Below are positions 46,272 to 56,945 of a DNA stretch of 64,000 bases, piece after piece. How positions within the stretch are numbered: position 1 is the stretch's first letter; each line of letters begins with the position of its first letter. The notes beneath the pieces were generated by a model, which was given only the letters and a program-made list of their open reading frames with translations, made no database searches and had not been told where the DNA came from. Origin of the DNA: Rickettsiales bacterium (GTDB taxonomy: Bacteria; Pseudomonadota; Alphaproteobacteria; Rickettsiales; JABSSG01); contig JABSSG010000020.1 of the NCBI GenBank assembly GCA_013214525.1, positions 24,950 to 88,949 of the forward strand, read 5' to 3'. The translations under genes and the position numbers were made by a program.

Positions 46272-47657
46272 CTATGATTTATTATGTTGATAATATTTGT
46301 TTCTAATTCCAGCATTTAACAATTTAATGGCTTCGCTTACATTTGAGAAAATATGCTCGATTTCGGTTTCTGATTCATGTTCAAGCATTACTCTGATAAC
46401 TGGTTCTGTACCAGATTTTCTTATAGAAATACGGCCATATATACCTAGCTCTTGTTGAAATTTATTTGTTAATTCTGTTAGTTGTTCTGGTCTGAATACA
46501 TCAATGTTTTCGTATTTGATATTGAAAATTTTTTGAGGTATTTCTTTATATGTATTACATAACTTAGAAATACTACCAGCATTACTATCTACGAAATAAG
46601 CAAGAATTTGTAGAGCAGCAATTATACCATCGCCAGTAAATCCAAAATCTGCATTGATAATATGACCAGATTGTTCCCCGCCTAAATTGAGTTCTTTATC
46701 ACTCATTGCTTTTGCTACATATCTATCTCCTACTTGAGTTCTAATTAATGAAATATTATGCTGTGCTAAGTATTTTTCGAAATTTAGATTAGACATTGTT
46801 GTTGCAACAACTGTATTTTGGGCTAGTTTATTTTTTGATTTCAAGTAAACTGCAGTAGCAGCCAGTATTTTATCTCCATTAATAAGATTACCTAACTCAT
46901 CGATTAAAATTACTCTATCAGCATCGCCATCTAAAACTATTCCTAGATCTGCTTTATTTTGCAGGACATGCTTTACTGCTTCTTGAGGATGAATAGAGCC
47001 ACAATCCTCATTAATATTTAGTCCATCTGGTCTGTTTCCTATATGAATAACTTCAGCGCCTAGTTCCCAGAAGACATTTTTTACTATATGGTATGAAGCA
47101 CCATTAGCAGAATCGATTACAATTTTTAAATCATTTAAGTTTTTGCTTTTTGGAAATGTATTCTTTACAAATTCAATATATCTACCAGGAGCATCATCTA
47201 GTCTAATAGCCTTACCTAAATCATTTACTTTTGCAAAAGAAATATTATCTGGATATGAAAGCATAAGATTTTCTATTTTAGCTTCCATTGCTGAATCAAT
47301 TTTGAGTCCTTGGGAAGTAAAGGCCTTAATACCATTATATTGAAATGGGTTATGTGATGCAGAAAGTACGATACCAAGATCTGCTCTTAGTGATTTAGTG
47401 AGCATTGCGACAGCAGGGGTAGGCATTGGTCCTACAAGTAGGACATCGATACCAACAGCAATAAATCCTGAAGTTAGAGCTGGCTCAAGTAAATATCCTG
47501 ACAATCTAGTGTCTTTTCCTATAACTACTTTATGTTTATGACTGCCATTTTTAAATATTGTGCCTATTGCCATGCCAAGTTTCATAACAACTTCAGCAGT
47601 CATAATTCCTTCATTTGCTATTCCTCTAATGCCATCAGTGCCAAAGAATTTTCCCAT
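46272..47657 (-). CDS. glmM: phosphoglucosamine mutase
   Basis: 461 aa with MGKFFGTDGIRG, the active-site SASHNP, DGDADR and GGEQSGH. Confidence 0.95.
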   Translation of the reverse strand: MGKFFGTDGIRGIANEGIMTAEVVMKLGMAIGTIFKNGSHKHKVVIGKDTRLSGYLLEPALTSGFIAVGIDVLLVGPMPTPAVAMLTKSLRADLGIVLSASHNPFQYNGIKAFTSQGLKIDSAMEAKIENLMLSYPDNISFAKVNDLGKAIRLDDAPGRYIEFVKNTFPKSKNLNDLKIVIDSANGASYHIVKNVFWELGAEVIHIGNRPDGLNINEDCGSIHPQEAVKHVLQNKADLGIVLDGDADRVILIDELGNLINGDKILAATAVYLKSKNKLAQNTVVATTMSNLNFEKYLAQHNISLIRTQVGDRYVAKAMSDKELNLGGEQSGHIINADFGFTGDGIIAALQILAYFVDSNAGSISKLCNTYKEIPQKIFNIKYENIDVFRPEQLTELTNKFQQELGIYGRISIRKSGTEPVIRVMLEHESETEIEHIFSNVSEAIKLLNAGIRNKYYQHNKS

Positions 47658-47670
47658 ATTTTAATATGAT

Positions 47671-49593
47671 TTATTTTTTACTTTTTGTTTTGCGAGTGCT
47701 AGTGGAAGATTTTTTTGATGTACTAGTCTTCCTTTTTTTTTCTTTACTATCTTTTTTGGTGGTAGGTAAATCTTTAGAAGACTTCTTAGTAGTTGTGGTA
47801 TTTTTTTTCTTCTTACCAAATGCTAATTCATATAGTTCATCTCCTGTAAGAGTTTCTTTTGTTAGTAAGGCTTTGGCAATTTTATGCAGTTGATTCTTAT
47901 GTGTGGTAAGAATTTTATGAGCTAATTTATATCCATTATCAACTAATGACTTAACTTCTTTATCTATTAAGTCTTCAGTATTTGAAGAATACATTTTTTG
48001 TTGTTGATGTGCATAGACATCTTGACTGTTCCCGCCATAATAAAGTGGTCCAACCTTGTCACTCATTCCCCATTCACGCACCATTGCTCTTGCATATGCG
48101 GTAGCTGCTTTAATATCTTGTGCCGCACCAGAAGTTACTTTTTTATGTCCTAATATAATTTCTTCGGCTGCTCTTCCACCCATTGCTATAGCTATGTCTG
48201 CTTCAAATTTTTCACGATTCTTGGAAGTTTCAGATTCTGGTAATCTCATTACCATACCAAGTGCACGTCCTCTAGGTACGATGGTAGCTTTGTGAATAGG
48301 ATCAGCTTCAGGACAATGCAAGGTTACTAATGCGTGTCCGCCTTCATGGTATGCTGTTATTCTTTTTTCCTCTTCACTCATCATCATGGATTTACGTTGA
48401 GGTCCCATCATTACTTTATCTCTTGCTTCTTCTAATTCATCTATGGTGACGATTTTTTTGTTACGTCTTGCAGCTAACAATGCCGATTCATTTACTAGAT
48501 TAGCTAAATCAGCTCCAGTAAAACCCGGTGTTCCTTTTGCTATTGTTTTTAGGCTAACACCTGGTGCCATAACAATTTTTTTTGCATGAACTTCGAGAAT
48601 TGCTTCACGGCCTTTAACATCAGGGGCAGATACAAAAATTTGTCTATCAAATCTTCCAGGACGCATTAATGCTGGGTCTAAAACATCAGGTCTATTGGTT
48701 GCTGCAATTATTATTATGCTATCATTTATTTGGAAGCCATCCATTTCAACAAGCAATTGGTTTAAGGTTTGTTCCCTTTCATCATTTCCACCACCAATAC
48801 CTACACCTCTATGTCTTCCAACTGCATCAATTTCATCTATAAATATTATACAAGGTGCATTTTTTTTACCTTGAGCAAACATATCCCGTACTCTGCTTGC
48901 ACCAACACCCACAAACATTTCTACAAAATCAGATCCAGAAATTGTGAAGAATGGCACATTTGCTTCACCTGCAACAGCTCTAGCAATCAATGTTTTACCA
49001 GTACCAGGAGGACCAATTAATATGCAGCCTCTTGGAATGCGTCCACCTAAAGCTTGAAATTTTTTTGGATTCTTAAGAAATTCTACTAATTCTACTAATT
49101 CTTCTTGAGCCTCATCTATTCCTGCTACATCTGCAAAAGTTATTTTTGCTAATTTATTGCCTTGCATTTGAGCTCGAGAACGACCAAAGCCCATCGCTTT
49201 ACCAGCACCAGCACCCATTTGCCTCATAAAAAATATCCAAACACCAATAAGAAGAATCATTGGCAACCATGAGATAATCATTGTAATGAAAGAGGACATT
49301 TTAGTTTCAATAGGTGCAGCAGTAATTGCTACCTTATTATTTTTTAAGACATCTACTAAGTTTGGATAATTTGGGATATATGTAATGAAGTTGTTGCCAT
49401 CTGATAATTTACCCTCGACATTATGGCCTCTGATTACGACGCTAGAAACTTCTTTTTTTTCTACTTTATTTAAGAAGTCTGAAAATGATAAATCAGTAAC
49501 ATTCTCTCCACTTCTTTTTTGTATAATATCGAATACAATTACAGCTCCTAAAATTATAGCTAACCAAATAATAATATTTCTTTTGAAGTTCAT
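47671..49593 (-). CDS. ftsH: ATP-dependent zinc metalloprotease FtsH
   Basis: 640 aa with two TM segments, Walker A GPPGTGKT, the SRH region, the HEGGHA zinc site and a Lys/Ser/Thr-rich C-terminal tail. Confidence 0.97.
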   Translation of the reverse strand: MNFKRNIIIWLAIILGAVIVFDIIQKRSGENVTDLSFSDFLNKVEKKEVSSVVIRGHNVEGKLSDGNNFITYIPNYPNLVDVLKNNKVAITAAPIETKMSSFITMIISWLPMILLIGVWIFFMRQMGAGAGKAMGFGRSRAQMQGNKLAKITFADVAGIDEAQEELVELVEFLKNPKKFQALGGRIPRGCILIGPPGTGKTLIARAVAGEANVPFFTISGSDFVEMFVGVGASRVRDMFAQGKKNAPCIIFIDEIDAVGRHRGVGIGGGNDEREQTLNQLLVEMDGFQINDSIIIIAATNRPDVLDPALMRPGRFDRQIFVSAPDVKGREAILEVHAKKIVMAPGVSLKTIAKGTPGFTGADLANLVNESALLAARRNKKIVTIDELEEARDKVMMGPQRKSMMMSEEEKRITAYHEGGHALVTLHCPEADPIHKATIVPRGRALGMVMRLPESETSKNREKFEADIAIAMGGRAAEEIILGHKKVTSGAAQDIKAATAYARAMVREWGMSDKVGPLYYGGNSQDVYAHQQQKMYSSNTEDLIDKEVKSLVDNGYKLAHKILTTHKNQLHKIAKALLTKETLTGDELYELAFGKKKKNTTTTKKSSKDLPTTKKDSKEKKRKTSTSKKSSTSTRKTKSKK

Positions 49594-49602
49594 AGTAATT
49601 TT

Positions 49603-49648
49603 ATTTTCGTTTTTAAATTCCTGGATTTTTTGAGTACGATTAGTATAT
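49603..49648. repeat. family A repeat fragment A5a (right-end module)
   Basis: attttcgtttttaaattcctggattttttgagtacgattagtatat parallels the right part of A3, attttcaaacttaaaaaccgaggaggttttaggtacaattagtatat. It begins 9 nt upstream of the ftsH ATG. Confidence 0.6.
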
Positions 49649-49730
49649 TGCCATCAATGAGCAAAAAATGGAAGAGAAAATATCTTATACCATATGTTTT
49701 ACTAAGATTGAAGATATTTGGTTGTGATTT

Positions 49731-49792
49731 ACATACTCATTGTACATATTTTCTTTCTTAAAACATCGTAATCTTCAAGTGTAATGGGTATA
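49731..49792. repeat. family A repeat, mini-derivative A5b
   Basis: acatactcattgtac + atattttctttcttaaaacatcgtaatcttcaagtgtaatgggtata. It ends 8 nt before the tRNA-Ser 3' end. Confidence 0.75.
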
Positions 49793-49800
49793 GCGAAAGC

Positions 49801-49893
49801 TGGCGGAGGGAGGGGGATTCGAACCCCCGATACGGCTTATCACCGTATAACGGTTTAGCAAACCGCCGCCTTCAGCCACTCGGCCACCCCTCC
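49801..49893 (-). tRNA. tRNA-Ser (anticodon GCU), class II long variable arm, CCA encoded
   Basis: Folded by hand: GGAGGGG acceptor, anticodon loop TTGCTAA, long variable arm tatacggtgataagccgta, T-arm ggggg-ttcgaat-ccccc. Confidence 0.93.
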
Positions 49894-50002
49894 ATGGGAT
49901 TATAAAATTTATATCATGCTGTTTGTTCATGCAACTATAGTTTTTAGAAATTTAACTTTTACTAAACTTATGTTAAAGTGAAGGGATAGTAAATACAGAA
50001 TC

Positions 50003-51253
50003 ATGAAATTAAAAGATTTAATCACATTTAAAGATTCAAAGTTTATTTTTGATGTTTTATTTCAAAAAGATCATAATGCTAGATTTGTTGGTGGTTGTGT
50101 ACGAAGCTCTCTGTTAAATCAAGAGATTACAGATATTGATATAGGTACTGCTCTTTATCCTAATGAAGTTGAAAAATTATTTAGTAAATATTCAAATGTA
50201 AAAATAATTGATGTTGGTAAGGAATATGGAACTATTATAATTGTAATAAACCATCATAGCTATGAAATTACTACATTACGAAGAGATGTACATACGGATG
50301 GTAGATATGCAGTTGTAGAATATACGAAAGATTGGCAAGAGGATGCGTCTAGAAGAGATTTTACAATAAATGCTATGAGTTATTCTCCTAAAGAGGATAG
50401 ATTGTATGATTATTTTAATGGACAAAGTGATTTAAAAATAGGTCTTATTAAATTTATTGGTGATCCCGATAAGAGAATTCAGGAGGATTATTTAAGAATA
50501 TTGAGGTTATTTAGGTTTTATGCTTATTGTGGTAAAGCAATTGATAATGCATCACTTGTAGCTTGTAAAAAATATGCTCAATTTATAAAACAGCTTTCTC
50601 AAGAAAGAAAGATGAAAGAATTATATCAAATTGTAATTCATAGTGAATATATTGAAACCCTTCAATTGATGGCACAAAATGAAATTATAGAGCATGTATC
50701 TTCGATGCCAGATTGGTATTCTGGTATTAATCTATGTCAGAAACTAGAAAAAATTTGTATTGAGTATGATGTTAAATTAGCAGTGTTACTAAAAATATTT
50801 GCATTATTTTATAAGAAAGACATATCTTCATCACAGATAGCAAAAGAATTTGTGACATTGTCTAAAGAGGATAAAAAATATTTAACAGCACTTACTAAGT
50901 TTGTTGGAGGTGTTACATTATCTCAAGTGATAACTAAGCCACATTATTATTGTTATTATTATTCTGAAGTTTTACTCGATGGTTTTTTATATATGCAATC
51001 TAGAAAAGAACAAATACCAAAAAATGATAAAGATAATTTCAAAAAAATCACAAATATAATGGAAAAAATACCAGCCTTTCCTTTAACTGGTTCTGATCTT
51101 ATATCCAAATTTGCTTTAAAACCTGGCAAAGAATTAGGTGAATTACTAAAAATTGCTAAAGATTTTTGGATAGAATCTGAGTTTAAATTAAGTAAGACAG
51201 ATTTATTGGTTTATATAAAACGAAACATATCTACTACACCTAAAAACCTCTGA
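50003..51253 (+). CDS. cca: CCA-adding tRNA nucleotidyltransferase / poly(A) polymerase family protein
   Basis: 416 aa. The head-domain motif is GGCVRSSLLNQEITDIDIGT, with RRDFTINA and EDYLRILR. Confidence 0.88.
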   Translation: MKLKDLITFKDSKFIFDVLFQKDHNARFVGGCVRSSLLNQEITDIDIGTALYPNEVEKLFSKYSNVKIIDVGKEYGTIIIVINHHSYEITTLRRDVHTDGRYAVVEYTKDWQEDASRRDFTINAMSYSPKEDRLYDYFNGQSDLKIGLIKFIGDPDKRIQEDYLRILRLFRFYAYCGKAIDNASLVACKKYAQFIKQLSQERKMKELYQIVIHSEYIETLQLMAQNEIIEHVSSMPDWYSGINLCQKLEKICIEYDVKLAVLLKIFALFYKKDISSSQIAKEFVTLSKEDKKYLTALTKFVGGVTLSQVITKPHYYCYYYSEVLLDGFLYMQSRKEQIPKNDKDNFKKITNIMEKIPAFPLTGSDLISKFALKPGKELGELLKIAKDFWIESEFKLSKTDLLVYIKRNISTTPKNL

Positions 51254-51298
51254 TTTTTAAGTATATTATATTAAACAAAAGTTTTTGTAGGAATATTT

Positions 51299-51463
51299 TT
51301 AATAATCAGAAGTAAAATTATCAATGTTTGAGGATTCTCCTGCTATTTTTTGAGAATTTTCTAAGCTATCACAATGGAATAATATTTCTGTTGCTACCTT
51401 ATCATCTTGCAGCAGAGCTCCTATAGTGAATGCGGTTGCTACACATACTATTTTATCTAACAT
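51299..51463 (-). CDS. possible small ORF (54 aa), very tentative
   Basis: Translated by hand as MLDKIVCVATAFTIGALLQDDKVATEILFHCDSLENSQKIAGESSNIDNFTSDY. It starts 4 nt after the stop of 51467-52150 on the same strand. It falls below the ORF track's cut-off. Confidence 0.2.
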   Translation of the reverse strand: MLDKIVCVATAFTIGALLQDDKVATEILFHCDSLENSQKIAGESSNIDNFTSDY

Positions 51464-51466
51464 ATT

Positions 51467-52150
51467 TTATACTTCAATTTTAACATTATTATTTGTGCCT
51501 ATACAGTCTAAGTAGTTCTCGAATAAAGTTTCTGAGTTGTTTACATAAGTAGGAGAGAAACTATTTTTTAAATCATACTGTATAAAGAACGATTCCCCAT
51601 TATACTCAAAGTTTGGTGCTGTACAAGGATTTTGACTATTATGATCAGTGCTTGATATAAACTCCTTTGCTACTTCTTTATAAACTTTTTCAATCAAGTA
51701 ATTTGTTCCAGGGATGAGTGCATGATCTATAGGATTGAAAGAAAAAACTCTTAGAGGTAACACAAATGGAGCAGGTATATATTCTTTTATAAGAGTTTTT
51801 GTGCTTCCAGTTAGTACTGCTAATGGAGCAATGTAGAAGATTTGTTCTTTATAAGTTGCATTATAAGATAAGTAATCATTTAGTTCATCTGGGTTGATAA
51901 CTGGTATTACTTCTGTTGGAAAAACTTGATTATCGTTGTTATATTCAATAATATGATTTTGTACTATTGGGGTACCTACATTAAATGAATATAATTTATT
52001 ACAAAATGTATCAATAAAATTATTCTCAAAAGCACTAAATTGTGTCGTGTCAATATTGAGTAGTGTTAGTGTAGCTTTTTTTATAATGCTGTAGTTAATG
52101 CTGTTAAGGCCAGAAATAGCTATTTTTAGTGATATAGCACGGTAATTCAT
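51467..52150 (-). CDS. hypothetical protein (ORFan)
   Basis: 227-aa ORF with an ATG start. It is Asn/Ile-rich, with no TM segment or recognisable motif. Confidence 0.5.
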   Translation of the reverse strand: MNYRAISLKIAISGLNSINYSIIKKATLTLLNIDTTQFSAFENNFIDTFCNKLYSFNVGTPIVQNHIIEYNNDNQVFPTEVIPVINPDELNDYLSYNATYKEQIFYIAPLAVLTGSTKTLIKEYIPAPFVLPLRVFSFNPIDHALIPGTNYLIEKVYKEVAKEFISSTDHNSQNPCTAPNFEYNGESFFIQYDLKNSFSPTYVNNSETLFENYLDCIGTNNNVKIEV

Positions 52151-52245
52151 CGCGGCTTAATATTTGTTAATACAACGATATAAATATTAACATAATTAAA
52201 CTAAATAAGCAAATTCTCTATAATAATCTTTAAGTGGGTATATTT

Positions 52246-53445
52246 TTATTTTGCGAAATACAAGTATTGTTGGTAGATATTAATCAAAATAACACAACAT
52301 ACAAATACATATATAAGCATTAAATATCCTTTATTATTATATATAGTAATGCGTTGAGTAGTAGATTTCTTTATATAGCGTGATTGCCACACTAATAACG
52401 CTGGGAGCAATACTAATAATAGTGATCCGCCGATACCTCCTGCATAATTTAATGCAACTAAAAATAAATTAGGGTTTACGAGTGTAATAATAGTTGGCGG
52501 AAGAAATGTAATAAGCAATATAGTGATTTTATTGAATCCTTTTTTGTTTAAATTTAATCCATCGGATAAGAAATCGAATAGTCCTAGTGAAACTCCTATA
52601 AAAGAAGTTGTTATTGCAAAAAAACTAAAAAATTGTCCAAATAAGTTGACTGTTTTTATTTGTGTCAAATGTCCTAAAGAGTAAATAGCAGAATGTCCTT
52701 TTGCTTTGGCCATTAATAATCCATATTCTCCATCTAATGGAATAATGCCTAAAATTAAAAACTCCCAAAGCAAGTAAATGATAAAGGTTAAGCTTGTGCC
52801 TAATATAATAGCGTATCGTAAGCTTTTTGCATTTTTTTTTAGGTAGTCTGAAAGAGTTGGAATTAGATGCTGATAGCCAAAGGAAACTAAAATAATTGGC
52901 AAAGAAATATATGCTTTATTCCATTGTATTTTTGTTAATAATTGGGGTTGAATATATTTCGTCCCTAAGATTACAAAAAATAAATAGGAAATTATTAATC
53001 CTGCCATTAAGAAAAGATTAATTCTATCCACCATTTGTGTTCCTTGATAAACAAAAACAGCAAAAACTATTACAAAAAGCAACATTGTTATAGATGGAGA
53101 AAAAATATCTCCTGTCATATGTTGAATAAATTCTGCACCTCCTGATATATATGCAATATTTAAGCAATAAAAGATAGATATATAGACAATCCAAGTGAAT
53201 ATCCGACCTTTGTTACCCAAATATTTATATGCCATGGAAGAGATATTTGTATTGGCGGGCATTTTTAGACAAATTTCTGAATATAATAATCCTGTTGTTG
53301 TCATTATAAACCAGCATAATAAGAAGATGACTATTGCTGGGAGAAACCCTCCAGCTGCTGTAATGACAGGTAGGCCTAACATTCCTGCACCTACAGAAGT
53401 TCCTGTAATGAGTAGTGCTGCTCCTAAAATACGACGAAAATTCAT
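52246..53445 (-). CDS. aromatic amino acid permease (HAAAP family, TyrP/Mtr/TnaB-like)
   Basis: About 399 aa with LGAALLITGTSVGAGMLGLP near the N-terminus. The ATG at 53445 is preferred, because the track's 53484 start is a TTG and overlaps rlmE. Confidence 0.8.
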   Translation of the reverse strand: MNFRRILGAALLITGTSVGAGMLGLPVITAAGGFLPAIVIFLLCWFIMTTTGLLYSEICLKMPANTNISSMAYKYLGNKGRIFTWIVYISIFYCLNIAYISGGAEFIQHMTGDIFSPSITMLLFVIVFAVFVYQGTQMVDRINLFLMAGLIISYLFFVILGTKYIQPQLLTKIQWNKAYISLPIILVSFGYQHLIPTLSDYLKKNAKSLRYAIILGTSLTFIIYLLWEFLILGIIPLDGEYGLLMAKAKGHSAIYSLGHLTQIKTVNLFGQFFSFFAITTSFIGVSLGLFDFLSDGLNLNKKGFNKITILLITFLPPTIITLVNPNLFLVALNYAGGIGGSLLLVLLPALLVWQSRYIKKSTTQRITIYNNKGYLMLIYVFVCCVILINIYQQYLYFAK

Positions 53446-53455
53446 AAGTTTTTTA

Positions 53456-54118
53456 CTAATTTGATTCAATAAATTTAGTAGCAACTAGAAAAATTTCTAC
53501 AGAATTCTTTCTACTTGCTTGTGGTTTAAAAAATTTTACTTGAGCAAAACATGTTTTTAATTTGTCTGCAAGATCTTTTTCTTGTCCTCCTTGGAAGGTT
53601 TTGATAATTAAAGAACCATCCTTTTTTAAGACATTTTTAGCAAACTCAAATACATCTTCACCTAAAGCAATAATTTGTAAATGATCCAAATCTCTGTGAC
53701 CAGAAGCATTAGGGGCCATATCGGATAATATTATATCTGGTTTATTGGATTTATCATTTAAAATAGCTAGAATTTTTTTTAATGTGTTTTCATGTGTAAA
53801 ATCTCCAAGTATAAATTCTACGTTTTTATCTTGTTTTAAAGGAAGTAAATCAACAGCAATTATTTGTTTGGGATTAGTTTTTAAAGCAACTTGTATCCAA
53901 CTACCAGGAGCTGCCCCTAAGTCAATAATGACTTTGCCTCTACCTAAAATGTGAAATTTAGAATCTATCTCTAGTAATTTATAAGCTGCACGTGATATGT
54001 AGCCATCTTTTTTAGCTTGTGTGATGTAAGGATCATTTAATTGACGCTGCAACCATTTAGTAGAAGATGTTTTACGTCCTTTAGCAGTTTTTACTTTTGT
54101 GAATTTTTTTCTATGCAT
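53456..54118 (-). CDS. rlmE: 23S rRNA (uridine2552-2'-O)-methyltransferase
   Basis: 220 aa with SRAAYKLLEID, DLGAAPGSW and SDMAPN, the FtsJ/RrmJ motifs. Confidence 0.92.
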   Translation of the reverse strand: MHRKKFTKVKTAKGRKTSSTKWLQRQLNDPYITQAKKDGYISRAAYKLLEIDSKFHILGRGKVIIDLGAAPGSWIQVALKTNPKQIIAVDLLPLKQDKNVEFILGDFTHENTLKKILAILNDKSNKPDIILSDMAPNASGHRDLDHLQIIALGEDVFEFAKNVLKKDGSLIIKTFQGGQEKDLADKLKTCFAQVKFFKPQASRKNSVEIFLVATKFIESN

Positions 54119-54124
54119 TGTTAT

Positions 54125-55504
54125 TTAATTTTTTGCATGTGCAGGATGTAAGAAAATGCTTTCTAATTCTTTGATATGGCTAATTTCTGTTATCGTCATT
54201 TCACCACTTTGTTTTTTTGTAATTTTATTATTACGTGGTATTATTGCATTTTTAAAGCCTAGCTTCGTTGCTTCTTTTAGTCTATATTCAATTTTATTTA
54301 CTTTTCTTACTTCTCCTAGTAAGCCAATTTCTCCAAATACTACAGTAGCATTTTCAATTACGGTATTTTTAAAAGCTGAAATTAAAGCACATATAACAGC
54401 TAAATCAATTGCTGGTTCTATTATTTTTAGACCTCCTACTATATTTAGATAAACCTCATGAGAGGCTAGATGTAGACCATATCGGGCTGATAATACTGCT
54501 AGTATCATTGAAAGTCTGTTAAGTTCCCATCCTACAACAGCTCTTCTTGGAGCAATCATGTTAGAAGGCACAACTAGTCCTTGTACTTCTACTAATATTG
54601 GTCTTGTGCCTTCTATGCCTGCGAATACTACAGAGCCACTGGCATTTGCTTTGCGTTCTGATAGAAAAAGTGAAGACGGATTTTTAACTTCTTTTAGACC
54701 AGACTCAGACATTTCAAATACGCCAATCTCATTAACGTTCCCAAATCTATTTTTAACAGAACGTAAAATTCTATAATCATTTGCTGATTCTCCGTCGAGA
54801 TATAGAACTGTATCAACCATATGTTCTAAGACTTTTGGTCCAGCGATTTGTCCATCTTTAGTGACATGCCCTATAAGAATTAATACAAAGTTTTTTCTTT
54901 TAGCTAAAGCAATTAATTCATGTGCTGATGTTCTTACTTGAGAAACAGTTCCTGGTGCAGAAGGTATTTCGGGGATAAACATTGTTTGAATTGAATCAAT
55001 TATCATTAGATCCAACTTCATATTTATGCTTTCAATTGTAGAAGTTAAGTTGCTTATGTTAGTTCCCATCACTATATGAAGTTTAGATTTATTGGGATTT
55101 AAGCGTTGCATATGAAGTTTAACTTGTTCTATTGATTCTTCTCCTGTGACATAAAGACAATTTTTTGTCTGACTAAGTTTATTAGATACTTGCAATAATA
55201 AGGTAGATTTTCCAATTCCTGGACTACCCCCAATTAGGATAGTAGATCCTGGTACTAATCCTCCTCCAGCGACTCTATCAAATTCTTCTATGTTAGAAAT
55301 TATATGTTGTCTAGGATTGGAATTTACAGAAGATAAATTTTCTATTTTATAGGCAGTTCCTTTTTGAGTTTGTCTCGATTCTATGCCTGCTTCCACTTCT
55401 TCTACTTGGATTGTATTCCATTTATTACAATCTATACATTGTCCTTGCCATTTGTTATAGCTTGATCCACAATTTTGGCAGAGATATCTGAAATTTTTGG
55501 TCAT
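54125..55504 (-). CDS. radA: DNA repair protein RadA/Sms
   Basis: 459 aa with the zinc finger CQNCGSSYNKWQGQCIDCNKWN, Walker A GGSPGIGKST, KNRFG and a Lon-like C-terminal domain. Confidence 0.95.
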   Translation of the reverse strand: MTKNFRYLCQNCGSSYNKWQGQCIDCNKWNTIQVEEVEAGIESRQTQKGTAYKIENLSSVNSNPRQHIISNIEEFDRVAGGGLVPGSTILIGGSPGIGKSTLLLQVSNKLSQTKNCLYVTGEESIEQVKLHMQRLNPNKSKLHIVMGTNISNLTSTIESINMKLDLMIIDSIQTMFIPEIPSAPGTVSQVRTSAHELIALAKRKNFVLILIGHVTKDGQIAGPKVLEHMVDTVLYLDGESANDYRILRSVKNRFGNVNEIGVFEMSESGLKEVKNPSSLFLSERKANASGSVVFAGIEGTRPILVEVQGLVVPSNMIAPRRAVVGWELNRLSMILAVLSARYGLHLASHEVYLNIVGGLKIIEPAIDLAVICALISAFKNTVIENATVVFGEIGLLGEVRKVNKIEYRLKEATKLGFKNAIIPRNNKITKKQSGEMTITEISHIKELESIFLHPAHAKN

Positions 55505-55550
55505 TATTTTTATGAGTTAAATACTTTAGTCTAAAGCACTATATTATAAG

Positions 55551-56945
55551 CTACTTATTATTTATAGTAACTAAAGTTTTTAAGTTAATACGACTTGATA
55601 ATAAATTAAATCTGAACGGTAGTATGGCGATGGAGAATAAAGAGCCTATTATTATTCCTATCCATATTCCTATACCTCCAAATTGTAATGTGAAACCTAG
55701 TAAATATGCACATGGTATAGCAATAATCCAGAAGCTTATAAGGATAACTATAGATGGTACTTTAGTATCTTTTAGTCCTCGTAGTGCTCCGGTGCTAACT
55801 AGGCGTATGCAATCGAGAATAATTAAGATTCCTACCATTGATAAGAAATTAGATGTTTCAGATACCAATGTTTGTGATGAGGAAGTTTTAGTGTTAATAT
55901 CTAAATTAATCACAAAGTTGGGAAAGTAGATATATATTATACTAAATACTAACATTAGAATAACTCCAATTAGGAGATTAATTAATGCTGATGAGCGTAA
56001 GGCTAGCTTGTTGTTTTTCCCCACTTCAATTCCTGTTCTAATTGCAGCAGTACGAAGCAGTGCTATACCTACTACAAAAGCTAATGTTAAATATTGATAA
56101 GATATTTGGTATGCGACTAGAGTTTCTGTTCCTAGTTTGCCCATCATAATTGCTATAACAGCAAATAAGCCTATTTCTGTTATCAGTGTAAATCCTATAG
56201 GTATTCCAAGTCGTACTAAGTCATAGAAAATTTTTAGATCAATTTTTAGTAGATTCTTGAATAACTCGTAGCGTTTGAATTGTTTAGAATAAGATAAATA
56301 AAAAATTAAAGGGATTAAAAGAATATAATATGAGCTTGCTACTGCATATCCAATGCCGTTGAGTCCTAATTTTGGAAATCCTAACTTACCGAATAAGAGC
56401 AGGTAAGTAAGAAATATTTGTATTGGAACGACAATTATTCCCATAATTGTAACTAGGTGTGCTTTGTTGATACCCATAAAAAAATGTTTAATTATTGTTG
56501 TTAAGTTACGTGGTAATACTATTAATGATAGGGTATGAAAAGCAGGAGTAATTAACTTAATTACTAAGGGGTCTTGTTTTGTCTTTGCTAAAATTATTGG
56601 ACATAGCCATAAAATTGTCATTAATATTGGTGTAGAAAGTATTGCTACCCATAGTCCTTGACGAAAACAAATTCCAATATTCGAAAAATTTTTTGCTCCG
56701 AAGTTATGTGAAACTAATATACTTGTGGAAGCAAATAGTCCTGTGAAAAATGCAATAAACATTAAATAAATATCCCATAAGAGACCATATGTAGCTAACT
56801 CTACACTACCTAAATGTGCTGTCATTGAAGTTGTAAAGAAGCCGTTTAAATCAAATATTATTTGAGCAAATATTAACGGTATAGCAATTTTGGATGATTC
56901 TTTTATTTCATCAAAGATAGCTGATGTAAATTGTTTATAACCCAT
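55551..56945 (-). CDS. MATE-family efflux transporter
   Basis: 464 aa, 12 TM segments. The N-terminus EIKESSKIAIPLIFAQI... is typical of NorM-like proteins. Confidence 0.8.
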   Translation of the reverse strand: MGYKQFTSAIFDEIKESSKIAIPLIFAQIIFDLNGFFTTSMTAHLGSVELATYGLLWDIYLMFIAFFTGLFASTSILVSHNFGAKNFSNIGICFRQGLWVAILSTPILMTILWLCPIILAKTKQDPLVIKLITPAFHTLSLIVLPRNLTTIIKHFFMGINKAHLVTIMGIIVVPIQIFLTYLLLFGKLGFPKLGLNGIGYAVASSYYILLIPLIFYLSYSKQFKRYELFKNLLKIDLKIFYDLVRLGIPIGFTLITEIGLFAVIAIMMGKLGTETLVAYQISYQYLTLAFVVGIALLRTAAIRTGIEVGKNNKLALRSSALINLLIGVILMLVFSIIYIYFPNFVINLDINTKTSSSQTLVSETSNFLSMVGILIILDCIRLVSTGALRGLKDTKVPSIVILISFWIIAIPCAYLLGFTLQFGGIGIWIGIIIGSLFSIAILPFRFNLLSSRINLKTLVTINNK

